Virus record (IMG/VR): IMGVR_UViG_3300012208_000004
Location: 556-64,555 of that record
DNA: 64,000 bases
Strand: one strand, 5' to 3'
Source: a virus
Lineage: Duplodnaviria; Caudoviricetes
The number at the start of each line of letters is the position of its first letter. Within the stretch, counting starts at the first letter, position 1. The translations under genes and the position numbers were made by a program. Positions 9,090 through 17,593 of this stretch are shown here, in pieces. The notes under the pieces were generated by a model. The model was not told the origin of the DNA and searched no databases. It saw nothing but the letters and a program-made list of their open reading frames with translations.

Positions 9090-10109
9090 ATGGCAATTGA
9101 CTCCAATGCGTATAGTCTAGCAGACTACGCATTAAACTCTAATAATCCCATGGTGAGGGCAATATCATATTCCCTCATTGAAGCTGATAATATTCTCCAG
9201 GATATACCAATTCTGACGCAAGCAACTATGATTGCTAATGGTGTCAGGTTTGAAGGCAATCTTCCAACCGTCAATTGGTCCCCTCTGAATGCTGAAGGCG
9301 TGACGACAAAAGGTACACCTACTCCATATGCAGAGCAAGTTTTCGTTGTTCGTAACTACATAGATGTTGATCAGCTCTATGTAGAGGATGTAAACAGCAT
9401 TGTTGATCCACGTGCAGCTCAAACAGAAGCATGGATGAAAGCGTTTTCCTATGACATGAATGATCGTTTTTTCAACAATGATCACATCACAGGAAATGCA
9501 AATGCTCCGGTTGGTTTGAAGTACAGAATTAATAATGGTAGTCAGTTTGGGGTAAGACCCGAAAACATCATCAACAGTGGCGGATTAGATCTCACACAAG
9601 CAACCCTCATTACTCCAGCTACTCAGCAAAATGGTAACAAGCTTCTCGAATTCCTTGACCAACTCTTGTGGTCTGTGAACTCTCCAACGGGCGCGGGCGT
9701 CGTGCTTTACATGAATGAGGTAGCCCGTCGTCGTGTTGCATTTGCCATCAGAGCATTAGGCACTGGTGGTGGTTTTGATGTCTCAAAAGACCAATTTGAT
9801 CGCACAATTGAGATGTATAAAAATGCAGTGGTTAGAGATCCGGGTTATAAAGCGGATCAAACCACGAGGATTATCCCTGTTACTGAAGCCTCAGATGGAA
9901 CCGCAGGACCTTCTACTTACACCTCAATTTACGCTGTGAACTATAGTGCAGATCACATGCACGCATGGCAATTTAAGGAAATGCAAGCACGTGACCTTGG
10001 TCTTTTGAACAATGATGTAATTTATCGAACGAGCATCAATTGGGCGGTGGGCGTGATGAATAATAGTACGCGTAGTTTGGCTAGATTGTTCGGACTGAAG
10101 ATGTCCTAA
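9090..10109 (+). CDS. Major capsid protein
   Basis: 339 aa after scaffold; ILQDIP, LPTVNW..LN.EG and YRT.I.W.VG motifs of HK97-fold capsids. Confidence 0.85.
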   Translation: MAIDSNAYSLADYALNSNNPMVRAISYSLIEADNILQDIPILTQATMIANGVRFEGNLPTVNWSPLNAEGVTTKGTPTPYAEQVFVVRNYIDVDQLYVEDVNSIVDPRAAQTEAWMKAFSYDMNDRFFNNDHITGNANAPVGLKYRINNGSQFGVRPENIINSGGLDLTQATLITPATQQNGNKLLEFLDQLLWSVNSPTGAGVVLYMNEVARRRVAFAIRALGTGGGFDVSKDQFDRTIEMYKNAVVRDPGYKADQTTRIIPVTEASDGTAGPSTYTSIYAVNYSADHMHAWQFKEMQARDLGLLNNDVIYRTSINWAVGVMNNSTRSLARLFGLKMS

Positions 10110-10129
10110 TTGCCTGAAAGGAGAAAACA

Positions 10130-10525
10130 ATGCCATCAGATGCAAATGTTGCCTTACAGGCATCAGTAACAAAAACTGCAACCTTCAACGGTGCTGCATT
10201 AATACTTCCAGGTGGTACACCTCGTAGAGGGTTGAATGCCCGTATCATCTATTCCGCTGCTCAACAAGCATCTGGATCAGGAGTGTGGACTTTTTCCATT
10301 GACGTTTGTTACGACGGTGTACCTACTACGTGGAATGTCGATTTTGTTGCTCCACCTATCACGCTTACTGCTTCTGCTCAGTCAGGAGAAATCTTTATAC
10401 CATTCTCAATCAGTCCTACCAGTGTGGCAAATGGAACGCAAATCAGATTGACGGCTACGCTCTCTGGTAGTCCAACTACTCCAACTATCACGTATCGTGG
10501 GGATTTGGTAGCAGGACGACCATAG
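10130..10525 (+). CDS. Putative capsid decoration/minor structural protein
   Basis: Beta-rich, follows capsid gene, AGGAG SD. Confidence 0.5.
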   Translation: MPSDANVALQASVTKTATFNGAALILPGGTPRRGLNARIIYSAAQQASGSGVWTFSIDVCYDGVPTTWNVDFVAPPITLTASAQSGEIFIPFSISPTSVANGTQIRLTATLSGSPTTPTITYRGDLVAGRP

Positions 10526-10538
10526 GAGCATAAATAAT

Positions 10539-11159
10539 ATGGCAGCAAGATCAACGATGTTACCGCTAATAGCAAGTGTTCGCGTGCTCATTAATGACTT
10601 GTTGCCATCGGGAAATGGGCAGATTTTTACCGATCAACAAATTCAGGATGTATTGGATGAGGGAAGAGAAGACATAACAAATAGGGCATTAACTCCACGT
10701 CCAACATATGTAGGCAGTGGATTGCAATACTTGGACTACTACAGTGATCTAGGTGGATGGGAGGATGGGATGGTACTCAAGCAGTATCTAACAGTTGTAG
10801 TTACTCCAAGCGCAATTGAACCTATTGCTGGTCATTTTCAATTTTCTGCAAATGTATATCCCCCGGTGTACATAACTGGACTTTTGCACGACCGTTACAG
10901 AGCAGCATCAGACCTATTGGAGCGGCTAGCAGCTCAATGGGTTTTGTCCTACAGCATGACCGTTGACGGTCAGAGCTTACAGCGTGGGCAACCTGTACGC
11001 GCCTTGCTGTTACTAGCAAAAGAGTACAAGAGAAAGCAGAGACCTCGCGCAATCACAATGAAACGCGGTGACTTTGCGGGATCAGGTGGAGAGGATGATG
11101 CTTTGTCACTTGCTCCAAGAAACATTGATTATTACAGTTCAGGATCAAAACAAGGATAA
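10539..11159 (+). CDS. Putative head-tail adaptor
   Basis: VR.LIND...FTD..I pattern and synteny. Confidence 0.6.
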   Translation: MAARSTMLPLIASVRVLINDLLPSGNGQIFTDQQIQDVLDEGREDITNRALTPRPTYVGSGLQYLDYYSDLGGWEDGMVLKQYLTVVVTPSAIEPIAGHFQFSANVYPPVYITGLLHDRYRAASDLLERLAAQWVLSYSMTVDGQSLQRGQPVRALLLLAKEYKRKQRPRAITMKRGDFAGSGGEDDALSLAPRNIDYYSSGSKQG

Positions 11160-11168
11160 AGGATAACA

Positions 11169-11393
11169 ATGAGTATTAGCGATAAGCAGAAACAAGACAT
11201 TGAAAATAGGTTTTCCTATCACGCGCCCAAAGGTGATCAAACAGAACGGTATGCCAAAATCACTGAAGCGTACAAGCAGTTTGCCTTGACCATTGCAGAC
11301 TTGACTCCTGAGTCAAGAGAGCAGTCGATTGCCCTTACTCATTTGTGGGAATCTCGTATGGCGGCTAACGGTTCCATTGCGGTAAATGAATAG
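11169..11393 (+). CDS. Acb2/Tad1-like helical hairpin protein
   Basis: F.YHAP...SREQSIALTHL.E..M.AN resembles the Tad1 C-terminal helix (SRE.A.ALT..EEA.MW), from recall. Confidence 0.6.
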   Translation: MSISDKQKQDIENRFSYHAPKGDQTERYAKITEAYKQFALTIADLTPESREQSIALTHLWESRMAANGSIAVNE

Positions 11394-11405
11394 GAGCTTG
11401 GCATT

Positions 11406-11732
11406 ATGGCAATTGTAAATAATCAAGAGACAAAAGAAGGTGATAGCGTTTTTTACGTAGATGATGACAAGCAAATATATGACGCGATTGTCAAGAGCAT
11501 CTATGAAAAAGACGGCAATCACTATGCAGAATTGAAGGTTGACAGAGATGGTCAGCACTCAAATGTAGAAGACGTGCCTCACAACACTAGTCCTGAGAAG
11601 CATTCCTGGAATCATCCACGCTCTAAAGAAGAAGTTGCATTGCATTATGCTCCTGATATGTATGGAGAACTTTCGCGTGAAATGCCACATCTTGAAAAAG
11701 GTGATGAATCTGAAGATGTGGAAGAAGAATGA
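11406..11732 (+). CDS. Hypothetical protein
   Basis: AGGAG SD, acidic. Confidence 0.55.
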   Translation: MAIVNNQETKEGDSVFYVDDDKQIYDAIVKSIYEKDGNHYAELKVDRDGQHSNVEDVPHNTSPEKHSWNHPRSKEEVALHYAPDMYGELSREMPHLEKGDESEDVEEE

Positions 11733-12103
11733 ATCTGATATCGCCTCTTGAGCTTGCAAAAATTAGAGCAGATGCCTATAGGGATGTTTTTGACAAGACA
11801 TGCACTATTAGGCAAGAAGATCAAGCATTCGACTCTAAAGGTGGCAGTCCTGATAACCTTATTGATATTGCGGACAATATCCCTTGTGCCATGGTTGGAC
11901 TGTCAATGCCGACTCAGCAAATGTTAGCGGGGCAAGATGTGGGGATTAGCTCTAGGACGCTTCTCACGCCGTTCGGAACGGACATTAAAACGGACGACAT
12001 GATCACGATTGATGGCATTGACTACAAGGTCCTGAGCCCTTCTGGAGAGAAGACCATTCAAATTTTTACCAGTGTGGTGATACTTCGAAAAACACCACTA
12101 TAA
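11729..12103 (+). CDS. Head closure/head-tail joining protein
   Basis: PFGTDI...D.I.IDG..Y.V motif; synteny. Confidence 0.7.
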   Translation: MNLISPLELAKIRADAYRDVFDKTCTIRQEDQAFDSKGGSPDNLIDIADNIPCAMVGLSMPTQQMLAGQDVGISSRTLLTPFGTDIKTDDMITIDGIDYKVLSPSGEKTIQIFTSVVILRKTPL

Positions 12104-12122
12104 CCCCCTTGCAAGGTGAGAT

Positions 12123-12473
12123 ATGGCAGATGGTATCACAATCCGCATCACTGGCCCTGATTTGGGCGTCAAGGTTGAACAACTAAATGCTGAAATCCAA
12201 GCTCAAATTGAGGAGGAACTTGACCGCGTTGCAGACCAAACACAAAGCGATGCTAAGGATAACTGTCCTGTGGATACAGGCGCTTTGCAGGATGATATCA
12301 AAGTGTACGCTACTCCATTTAAGAGGCAAATAGGCAATTTAAATACACCATATGCAATTTATGTGCATAATGGCACGTGGAAAATGAAGGCTCGTCCATA
12401 TTTGTTTAATGCTGCTGAAACAAATAAGCAAAGTTTTATTGATCATATGCAAGATATAAAGTTGAGTATATAA
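12123..12473 (+). CDS. HK97 gp10-like neck protein
   Basis: PVDTGAL, YAIYVHNGT.KM.ARPYL motifs. Confidence 0.85.
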   Translation: MADGITIRITGPDLGVKVEQLNAEIQAQIEEELDRVADQTQSDAKDNCPVDTGALQDDIKVYATPFKRQIGNLNTPYAIYVHNGTWKMKARPYLFNAAETNKQSFIDHMQDIKLSI

Positions 12474-12474
12474 G

Positions 12475-12930
12475 ATGTCAACCTCTGAGTCTGAAGTGTG
12501 GGATGCAATCTATGCAGCATTGCGTAACGACGCGGGAATGATTGCACTTTTACCTTACTCAGATGGAAAGGCATCAGTATTTGATGGAAATAATATCCCT
12601 AATGGTCTTACACCTCCATATATAGAACTTGGTGAAACAGTATCAACTCCTGCTAATGTGTTTGGGAAGAAAGGTCAAGATGTTGTTGCGACAATACATG
12701 GATGGAGTGAATTTAAAGGAAAGGATGAAATATTAAAAATGCGTGATGCGGTATTTAATGCGTTAGATGATGGTTTAGGTGATAATCCACCTAAACTGAC
12801 ACTTTTAGGAGGTGTATTTCGATCAATTGATTGCTCATATGATAATGGTCAAATTATTCAGGACAGTACGACAAATATTAACAAATGGCATATGACTGAT
12901 CGTTACAGAGTCCTAACGGAGGCAATTTAA
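12475..12930 (+). CDS. Tail terminator (DUF3168-like)
   Basis: PPYIELGE and TIHGWS motifs; synteny. Confidence 0.7.
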   Translation: MSTSESEVWDAIYAALRNDAGMIALLPYSDGKASVFDGNNIPNGLTPPYIELGETVSTPANVFGKKGQDVVATIHGWSEFKGKDEILKMRDAVFNALDDGLGDNPPKLTLLGGVFRSIDCSYDNGQIIQDSTTNINKWHMTDRYRVLTEAI

Positions 12931-13323
12931 ATGCCAGCTTTACACGGTAAAGGCGGGAATGTCCTAGTCGTTGCTGCAACAGTTGCAGAAATTGATGAAT
13001 GGCAATTGGACATTGACCGCAAGACCCATGCTACAACCAAGTTTGGCGCGGGGAGTCTTCCTTGGGAAACGTTTGCAGTCGGTCTTGTGGGTGCAAAAGT
13101 GAAATTTCAAGGGCGTCTTGACATGACCGATACGAACGGTCAAGTTGTCCTGTTCAATTCACTCACAACTGATACTGCAATTGCAATAGTACTGAACTTG
13201 AGCGCAACGCATAACTTTGGTTTTAATGCGTTTGTTGAGAAGTTTGGAGCAAAATCACCATTGAAAGATATGGAAACCGTATCATGGGACATGATCGTAA
13301 CGGGCGCGGTTACCTATACATGA
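12931..13323 (+). CDS. Tail tube protein
   Basis: EW.LDI...TT.FG...WETF..GL pattern; synteny. Confidence 0.7.
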   Translation: MPALHGKGGNVLVVAATVAEIDEWQLDIDRKTHATTKFGAGSLPWETFAVGLVGAKVKFQGRLDMTDTNGQVVLFNSLTTDTAIAIVLNLSATHNFGFNAFVEKFGAKSPLKDMETVSWDMIVTGAVTYT

Positions 13324-13338
13324 TCGGAGCTTAAATTT

Positions 13339-14307
13339 ATGACAGCTACTCATGGAAATAGAGCTCAACTGCTCCTGACATCAACGCCCAATGTCGCCTT
13401 GACCAATCAGGCGTTGACCGATCCTGGTGATCACCAGAACTTTAATAGCTCGGCCATTCCAACGAAACGCTATTGGGATAGGACGGCATCTTGGACTGTC
13501 CAAGCTGAATATGATGAAGTGCAGACGCTTACGATCACGGGAAGTCCTACCGGAGGGACGTATACTCTCACCTTTGGAGGTCAAACCACATCGGCGATTA
13601 ACTGGAATGATCCTGCTAGCACCGTTCAGACACGTCTACAAGCTCTCTCAAGCATCGGAGCAGGTAAGGCTTTAGTGACAGGTGGTCCTGGTCCTGGAAC
13701 GCCTTACACAGTTGAATTTGTATCTACACTTGGTTTTGCTTCACAGGCTTTGATCACACGTACCACAAACAGCTTGACAGGCGGTTCAAGTCCTGATGCG
13801 GTTATCACACGGGCGCAAGGTGGGAATACTTGGACTACACAAGTTGCTACCACTTACACAATCCAGTATGTGGGCGGGAAAGTCATCTTCAGTGCTCCAT
13901 TCCTCGGAACATCGGTAGGTTGTCGTGTGACAGGCGCGTACTTCAATTTCACAGCCATAGGCGATGTGTTGGAATGGGCTCCAGACATCTCACGAAAAAC
14001 GCATCCGACAACCTGTATGACCACAAACAACGTTCCGACACGATGGGAAACATTCTTGCCTGGTCTTGCTGGAGGAACAATCAAGATTAACCGTTTCTTG
14101 GTAGATAACACGTATGTTGGCTTATTCACAGTTTTTACTGATGATACGTTGATTTTGTCGCTCGTGATGGATGCCACAACCGGACTACCGCGCTTAGAGT
14201 CATACGGGAAATTAACCAAGGATGGAATGAAGGTTCCTCTGAAAGACTTGGAAATGGAGGACTTAGACTTTGTGATTGATGGTCAAATGGTCCTTACAAC
14301 GAGCTAA
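13339..14307 (+). CDS. Second tail-tube-like protein with extra beta-sandwich domain
   Basis: C-terminal third paralogous to 12931..13323; EVQTLTITG.PTGGTYTLTFGGQTT domain. Confidence 0.65.
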   Translation: MTATHGNRAQLLLTSTPNVALTNQALTDPGDHQNFNSSAIPTKRYWDRTASWTVQAEYDEVQTLTITGSPTGGTYTLTFGGQTTSAINWNDPASTVQTRLQALSSIGAGKALVTGGPGPGTPYTVEFVSTLGFASQALITRTTNSLTGGSSPDAVITRAQGGNTWTTQVATTYTIQYVGGKVIFSAPFLGTSVGCRVTGAYFNFTAIGDVLEWAPDISRKTHPTTCMTTNNVPTRWETFLPGLAGGTIKINRFLVDNTYVGLFTVFTDDTLILSLVMDATTGLPRLESYGKLTKDGMKVPLKDLEMEDLDFVIDGQMVLTTS

Positions 14308-14867
14308 TGATGTTTTACGCATTCATAACAGTTATATTAACTGTATTTGTTACTTTAGTAGTTAGAAAGTTCATAGAGATGTACGAAGATTTTGAAGATT
14401 ATCGGCAATTAGCATTAGAAACCCCATTAGAACATCGAGCATTTTGGGTAGAAAAATGGAACAGATGGGTAACTATCAGGGAGTTGACAGGAGAGGAAAG
14501 AGGCGATTTGCTTGATAAATGCACGGAGATGGTAGGCAAAAAGGCCAAAGTAAATATTAAACGCTTGTATCCTATGATGGTGATTTTGTCAGTTCGCTAT
14601 CCAGATGCTAATTTCCTTCCTCCGGTAGATGATCCTCATTTTTATGAATTCCCAGGGGCAAATGGGAAACCTGTACATCCCAAAGCAGGACAGCCAATTT
14701 TTACCATGCGTGATATTGGACTTCTTAATCAGAAATCTGGTGGGATATTAGAACTTCTGAATAAGCCAGCGGCGGAAATGTCAGGACTTAGAGAGGAAGA
14801 TTTAGAGGAAAAAAAAGATACTTCAGATCCGAACATAGTGGAGAGCGAAAGTTATACCATAGAATAG
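14307..14867 (+). CDS. Tail assembly chaperone (gpG-like)
   Basis: W...V.IRELTG.ER motif; directly before tape measure; alternative start 14379. Confidence 0.75.
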   Translation: MMFYAFITVILTVFVTLVVRKFIEMYEDFEDYRQLALETPLEHRAFWVEKWNRWVTIRELTGEERGDLLDKCTEMVGKKAKVNIKRLYPMMVILSVRYPDANFLPPVDDPHFYEFPGANGKPVHPKAGQPIFTMRDIGLLNQKSGGILELLNKPAAEMSGLREEDLEEKKDTSDPNIVESESYTIE

Positions 14868-15082
14868 CACGTGAAATAGGCGCTCCTTGGGGAGTGAGAG
14901 TTATGCTTAGAAGGATAGGCAGTTCAGAGATAACCGACTGGGCTGCTATTTTTTCGATAGAAGACGAGGAAATAGATAAACAAAACAATAAGATAAAAAA
15001 TGGTCAAGAAGATGATGATGAAGATATAACAGATGAATTGATTGCAGCAATTGAAGCTGATAAAGCAGAACAGGGGAATTAG
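14810..15082 (+). CDS. Tail assembly chaperone extension (gpT-like), reached by -1 frameshift
   Basis: A8 run 14809-14816; the -1 frame reads RYFRSEHSGERKLYHRIAREIG...SSEITDWAA, open to 15082. Confidence 0.75.
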   Translation, partial: KKRYFRSEHSGERKLYHRIAREIGAPWGVRVMLRRIGSSEITDWAAIFSIEDEEIDKQNNKIKNGQEDDDEDITDELIAAIEADKAEQGN

Positions 15083-17593
15083 TTGCTTCTAGCCCAAATG
15101 GTTGTCGAATACATTGCAGATACGAGCAAGCTCGTTAGTAGCGTGGCAAATGTCAAGAACGCTGCTAATGAGGGGGCGGAATCTTTGCGCAATATGGCAA
15201 CGGCGGGCGCGGCTGTAGCAACGGCGGCTCTCATTGGGGTAGGTGTAGCCTCAACCAAGATGGCAGCCGACTTTCAACAAGGCATGACCAGACTTGTAAC
15301 GGGCGCGGGTGATGTTACTGACAATATGGCAATGATGAGTAAGAGCGTTTTAGCAACATCTGTTGCAACTGGTGTTTTGGCTACTGGTACAGATGGCTTG
15401 GTTGCTGCTATGTATCCTATCATTTCATCGGGTCAACGCGGAGCTGAAGCCCTTGACACTCTCTCAGTGGCCGCAAAAGGTGCTCAGATTGAACAAGCAG
15501 GTGTGGTAGAAGTAGCAAATACGCTATCTGGCGTTATGACGAACTATGGGACAAAAAATTTTACTGCTACACAATACATGAATGGGCTAATTGCTGCTGT
15601 AAAACAAGGTAAAATCACTCTTCAAGACCTTGCGATCGCGATGGGTCCTGTTGATCCAATTGCTCAACAATTAGGTATTTCTTTCAATGATATGGCAGCT
15701 GCCATGACAACGCAAACCAACGCTATGATACCTGCTGATCGAGCAGCTACGGGTTTGCGCTTTATGATGATGGCACTTGAAAATCCTACAAGTAAAGCTA
15801 AAGATGCCATGAAGTCAATGGGACTGAGCAGTATTGATGTTGCCAATGAGATGAAAATCAGCCTGCCAGGCGCATTGAATATGATTTATGATGCTGCAAA
15901 AAACGCAGGTCCAGAGGGCAGTGTACCGTTTAGTCGGGCGGTTGCTGATATGGTAGGGGGAATACGGTCCCTGTCAACATTTTCAGCATTGACAGGAGAA
16001 CACATGAAAGATTTTACTAAAAACTCAGCAGGTGTTCTTACTGCCATGCAGCAAAATAAAAATGCCGTGGTTGGTTGGGATGTAGTACAGGGTAATTTTA
16101 ATATCAAAATGGATCAAGCAAAAGCTACTCTTGCATCTCTTGCTATTTCAATTGGAACCGCTCTTTTGCCCGTCCTTGGCAAGGCTGTTGATGCATTCAA
16201 TTCACCTGCTTTCCAGCAATTTGCAACAACAGTAGCCGGTGTTTTGACATCTGCCTTGCTTGGCTTAATCAATGGGATATCAACCGTTGTGGGATGGGTC
16301 ACTCAGCTTGTGACCTACTTCCAACATAACCAAGCGGCGGCTATGGCTCTTGCGGTGGGCGCGGCAATCCTAGCAGGTGCTATCGGAGGTGCTTTAGTTG
16401 TAGCGTTTGCTATGGCCACGGCGGCGGCGGCAACTACTGCCATAGCATTTCTGTCAGTTGCATGGCCTGTGATTGCAATTGTAGCGGCTATAGCAGGGTT
16501 GGTGGTAGGTATTATTCTGCTCTATCAGCATTTTCAACCTGTACGAACAGTAGTAGATGCGGTAGGAAAAGTATTTCAACAGGTATGGAGTGTTCTTGTT
16601 GCAAATTTTATGCCAGCTTGGGCAAAGTTAGTAGCAGCATTTCAAGAGGCGATGCCTGCTATTCAATTAATTGGTGAAATATTGCTAGGAGTGCTTGTTG
16701 TGGCAATCGGCATTGTTATAGCGGTAGTCGTGGCGTTAGCAATGGGAATAGCAGGTGCTATAGGTGGAATTGTTCAAATATTTACTGGTTTTGTGCAGAT
16801 TGTAACAGGGGTATTTAATGTTATCGGCGGATTGGTAATGTTTTTTGTGGATTTGTTCACAGGGCATTTTGACAAGCTTGGAAGTGATTTAGGCAGAATA
16901 TGGCAAGGCATTATTCAAATATTTCAAGGTGCGTGGAATGTGATAGCAGGTGTATTTAATGCAGCAGTTGGTCTTGTAGGTGGTATAGTTGTTGGGTTTA
17001 TACAAGGTATTATTGGATTTTTCACAGGATTGTGGGATGCACTTGTAGGTCATTCTATCATTCCTGATATGGTAAATGGGATTGTGACATGGTTTGAGCA
17101 GCTTCCAGGTAGAGCTGGCGCGGCTATTCAGTCAATGATCACAAATGTTCTAAATCTCTTAAACGGGCTTGTGACAAGCGCTATGAATGCAGGTTCAAAT
17201 ATCGTCAAGGGTATAGCCACAGGTATAACAAATGCAATAGGAGCAGTAGGCAACGCGATAAGTACAGTTACCAGCTTTATTTCTGCCCACCTCCCTCATT
17301 CACCTGCTAAGATGGGTCCTCTGATGGATTTAGAAAACCAAGGCATGGAGATATCCAACCAGATATCTAAGGGCATGATAAACGGCGTACCACTCATCTC
17401 ATCTGCCATGAATAACCTAGCCAAGCCTGTAACGGTAGGATTGAAGGGAGTCGCAAGTGCTAGTGGCGTATCCCCCTTGCAAGGTGGTACTCAGGACAAT
17501 AGCATACATGTCTACATTGATGGCAAAGAAGTTACTGGGACAGTTATGAAGCGTGTACAGCGTGAATTGAGAGGGCATGGTCTAAAGAAATGA
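15083..17593 (+). CDS. Tape measure protein
   Basis: 836 aa, Ala/Gly-rich helical, TP901-type core, Trp/Phe-periodic repeats, hydrophobic segments. Confidence 0.92.
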   Translation: MLLAQMVVEYIADTSKLVSSVANVKNAANEGAESLRNMATAGAAVATAALIGVGVASTKMAADFQQGMTRLVTGAGDVTDNMAMMSKSVLATSVATGVLATGTDGLVAAMYPIISSGQRGAEALDTLSVAAKGAQIEQAGVVEVANTLSGVMTNYGTKNFTATQYMNGLIAAVKQGKITLQDLAIAMGPVDPIAQQLGISFNDMAAAMTTQTNAMIPADRAATGLRFMMMALENPTSKAKDAMKSMGLSSIDVANEMKISLPGALNMIYDAAKNAGPEGSVPFSRAVADMVGGIRSLSTFSALTGEHMKDFTKNSAGVLTAMQQNKNAVVGWDVVQGNFNIKMDQAKATLASLAISIGTALLPVLGKAVDAFNSPAFQQFATTVAGVLTSALLGLINGISTVVGWVTQLVTYFQHNQAAAMALAVGAAILAGAIGGALVVAFAMATAAAATTAIAFLSVAWPVIAIVAAIAGLVVGIILLYQHFQPVRTVVDAVGKVFQQVWSVLVANFMPAWAKLVAAFQEAMPAIQLIGEILLGVLVVAIGIVIAVVVALAMGIAGAIGGIVQIFTGFVQIVTGVFNVIGGLVMFFVDLFTGHFDKLGSDLGRIWQGIIQIFQGAWNVIAGVFNAAVGLVGGIVVGFIQGIIGFFTGLWDALVGHSIIPDMVNGIVTWFEQLPGRAGAAIQSMITNVLNLLNGLVTSAMNAGSNIVKGIATGITNAIGAVGNAISTVTSFISAHLPHSPAKMGPLMDLENQGMEISNQISKGMINGVPLISSAMNNLAKPVTVGLKGVASASGVSPLQGGTQDNSIHVYIDGKEVTGTVMKRVQRELRGHGLKK

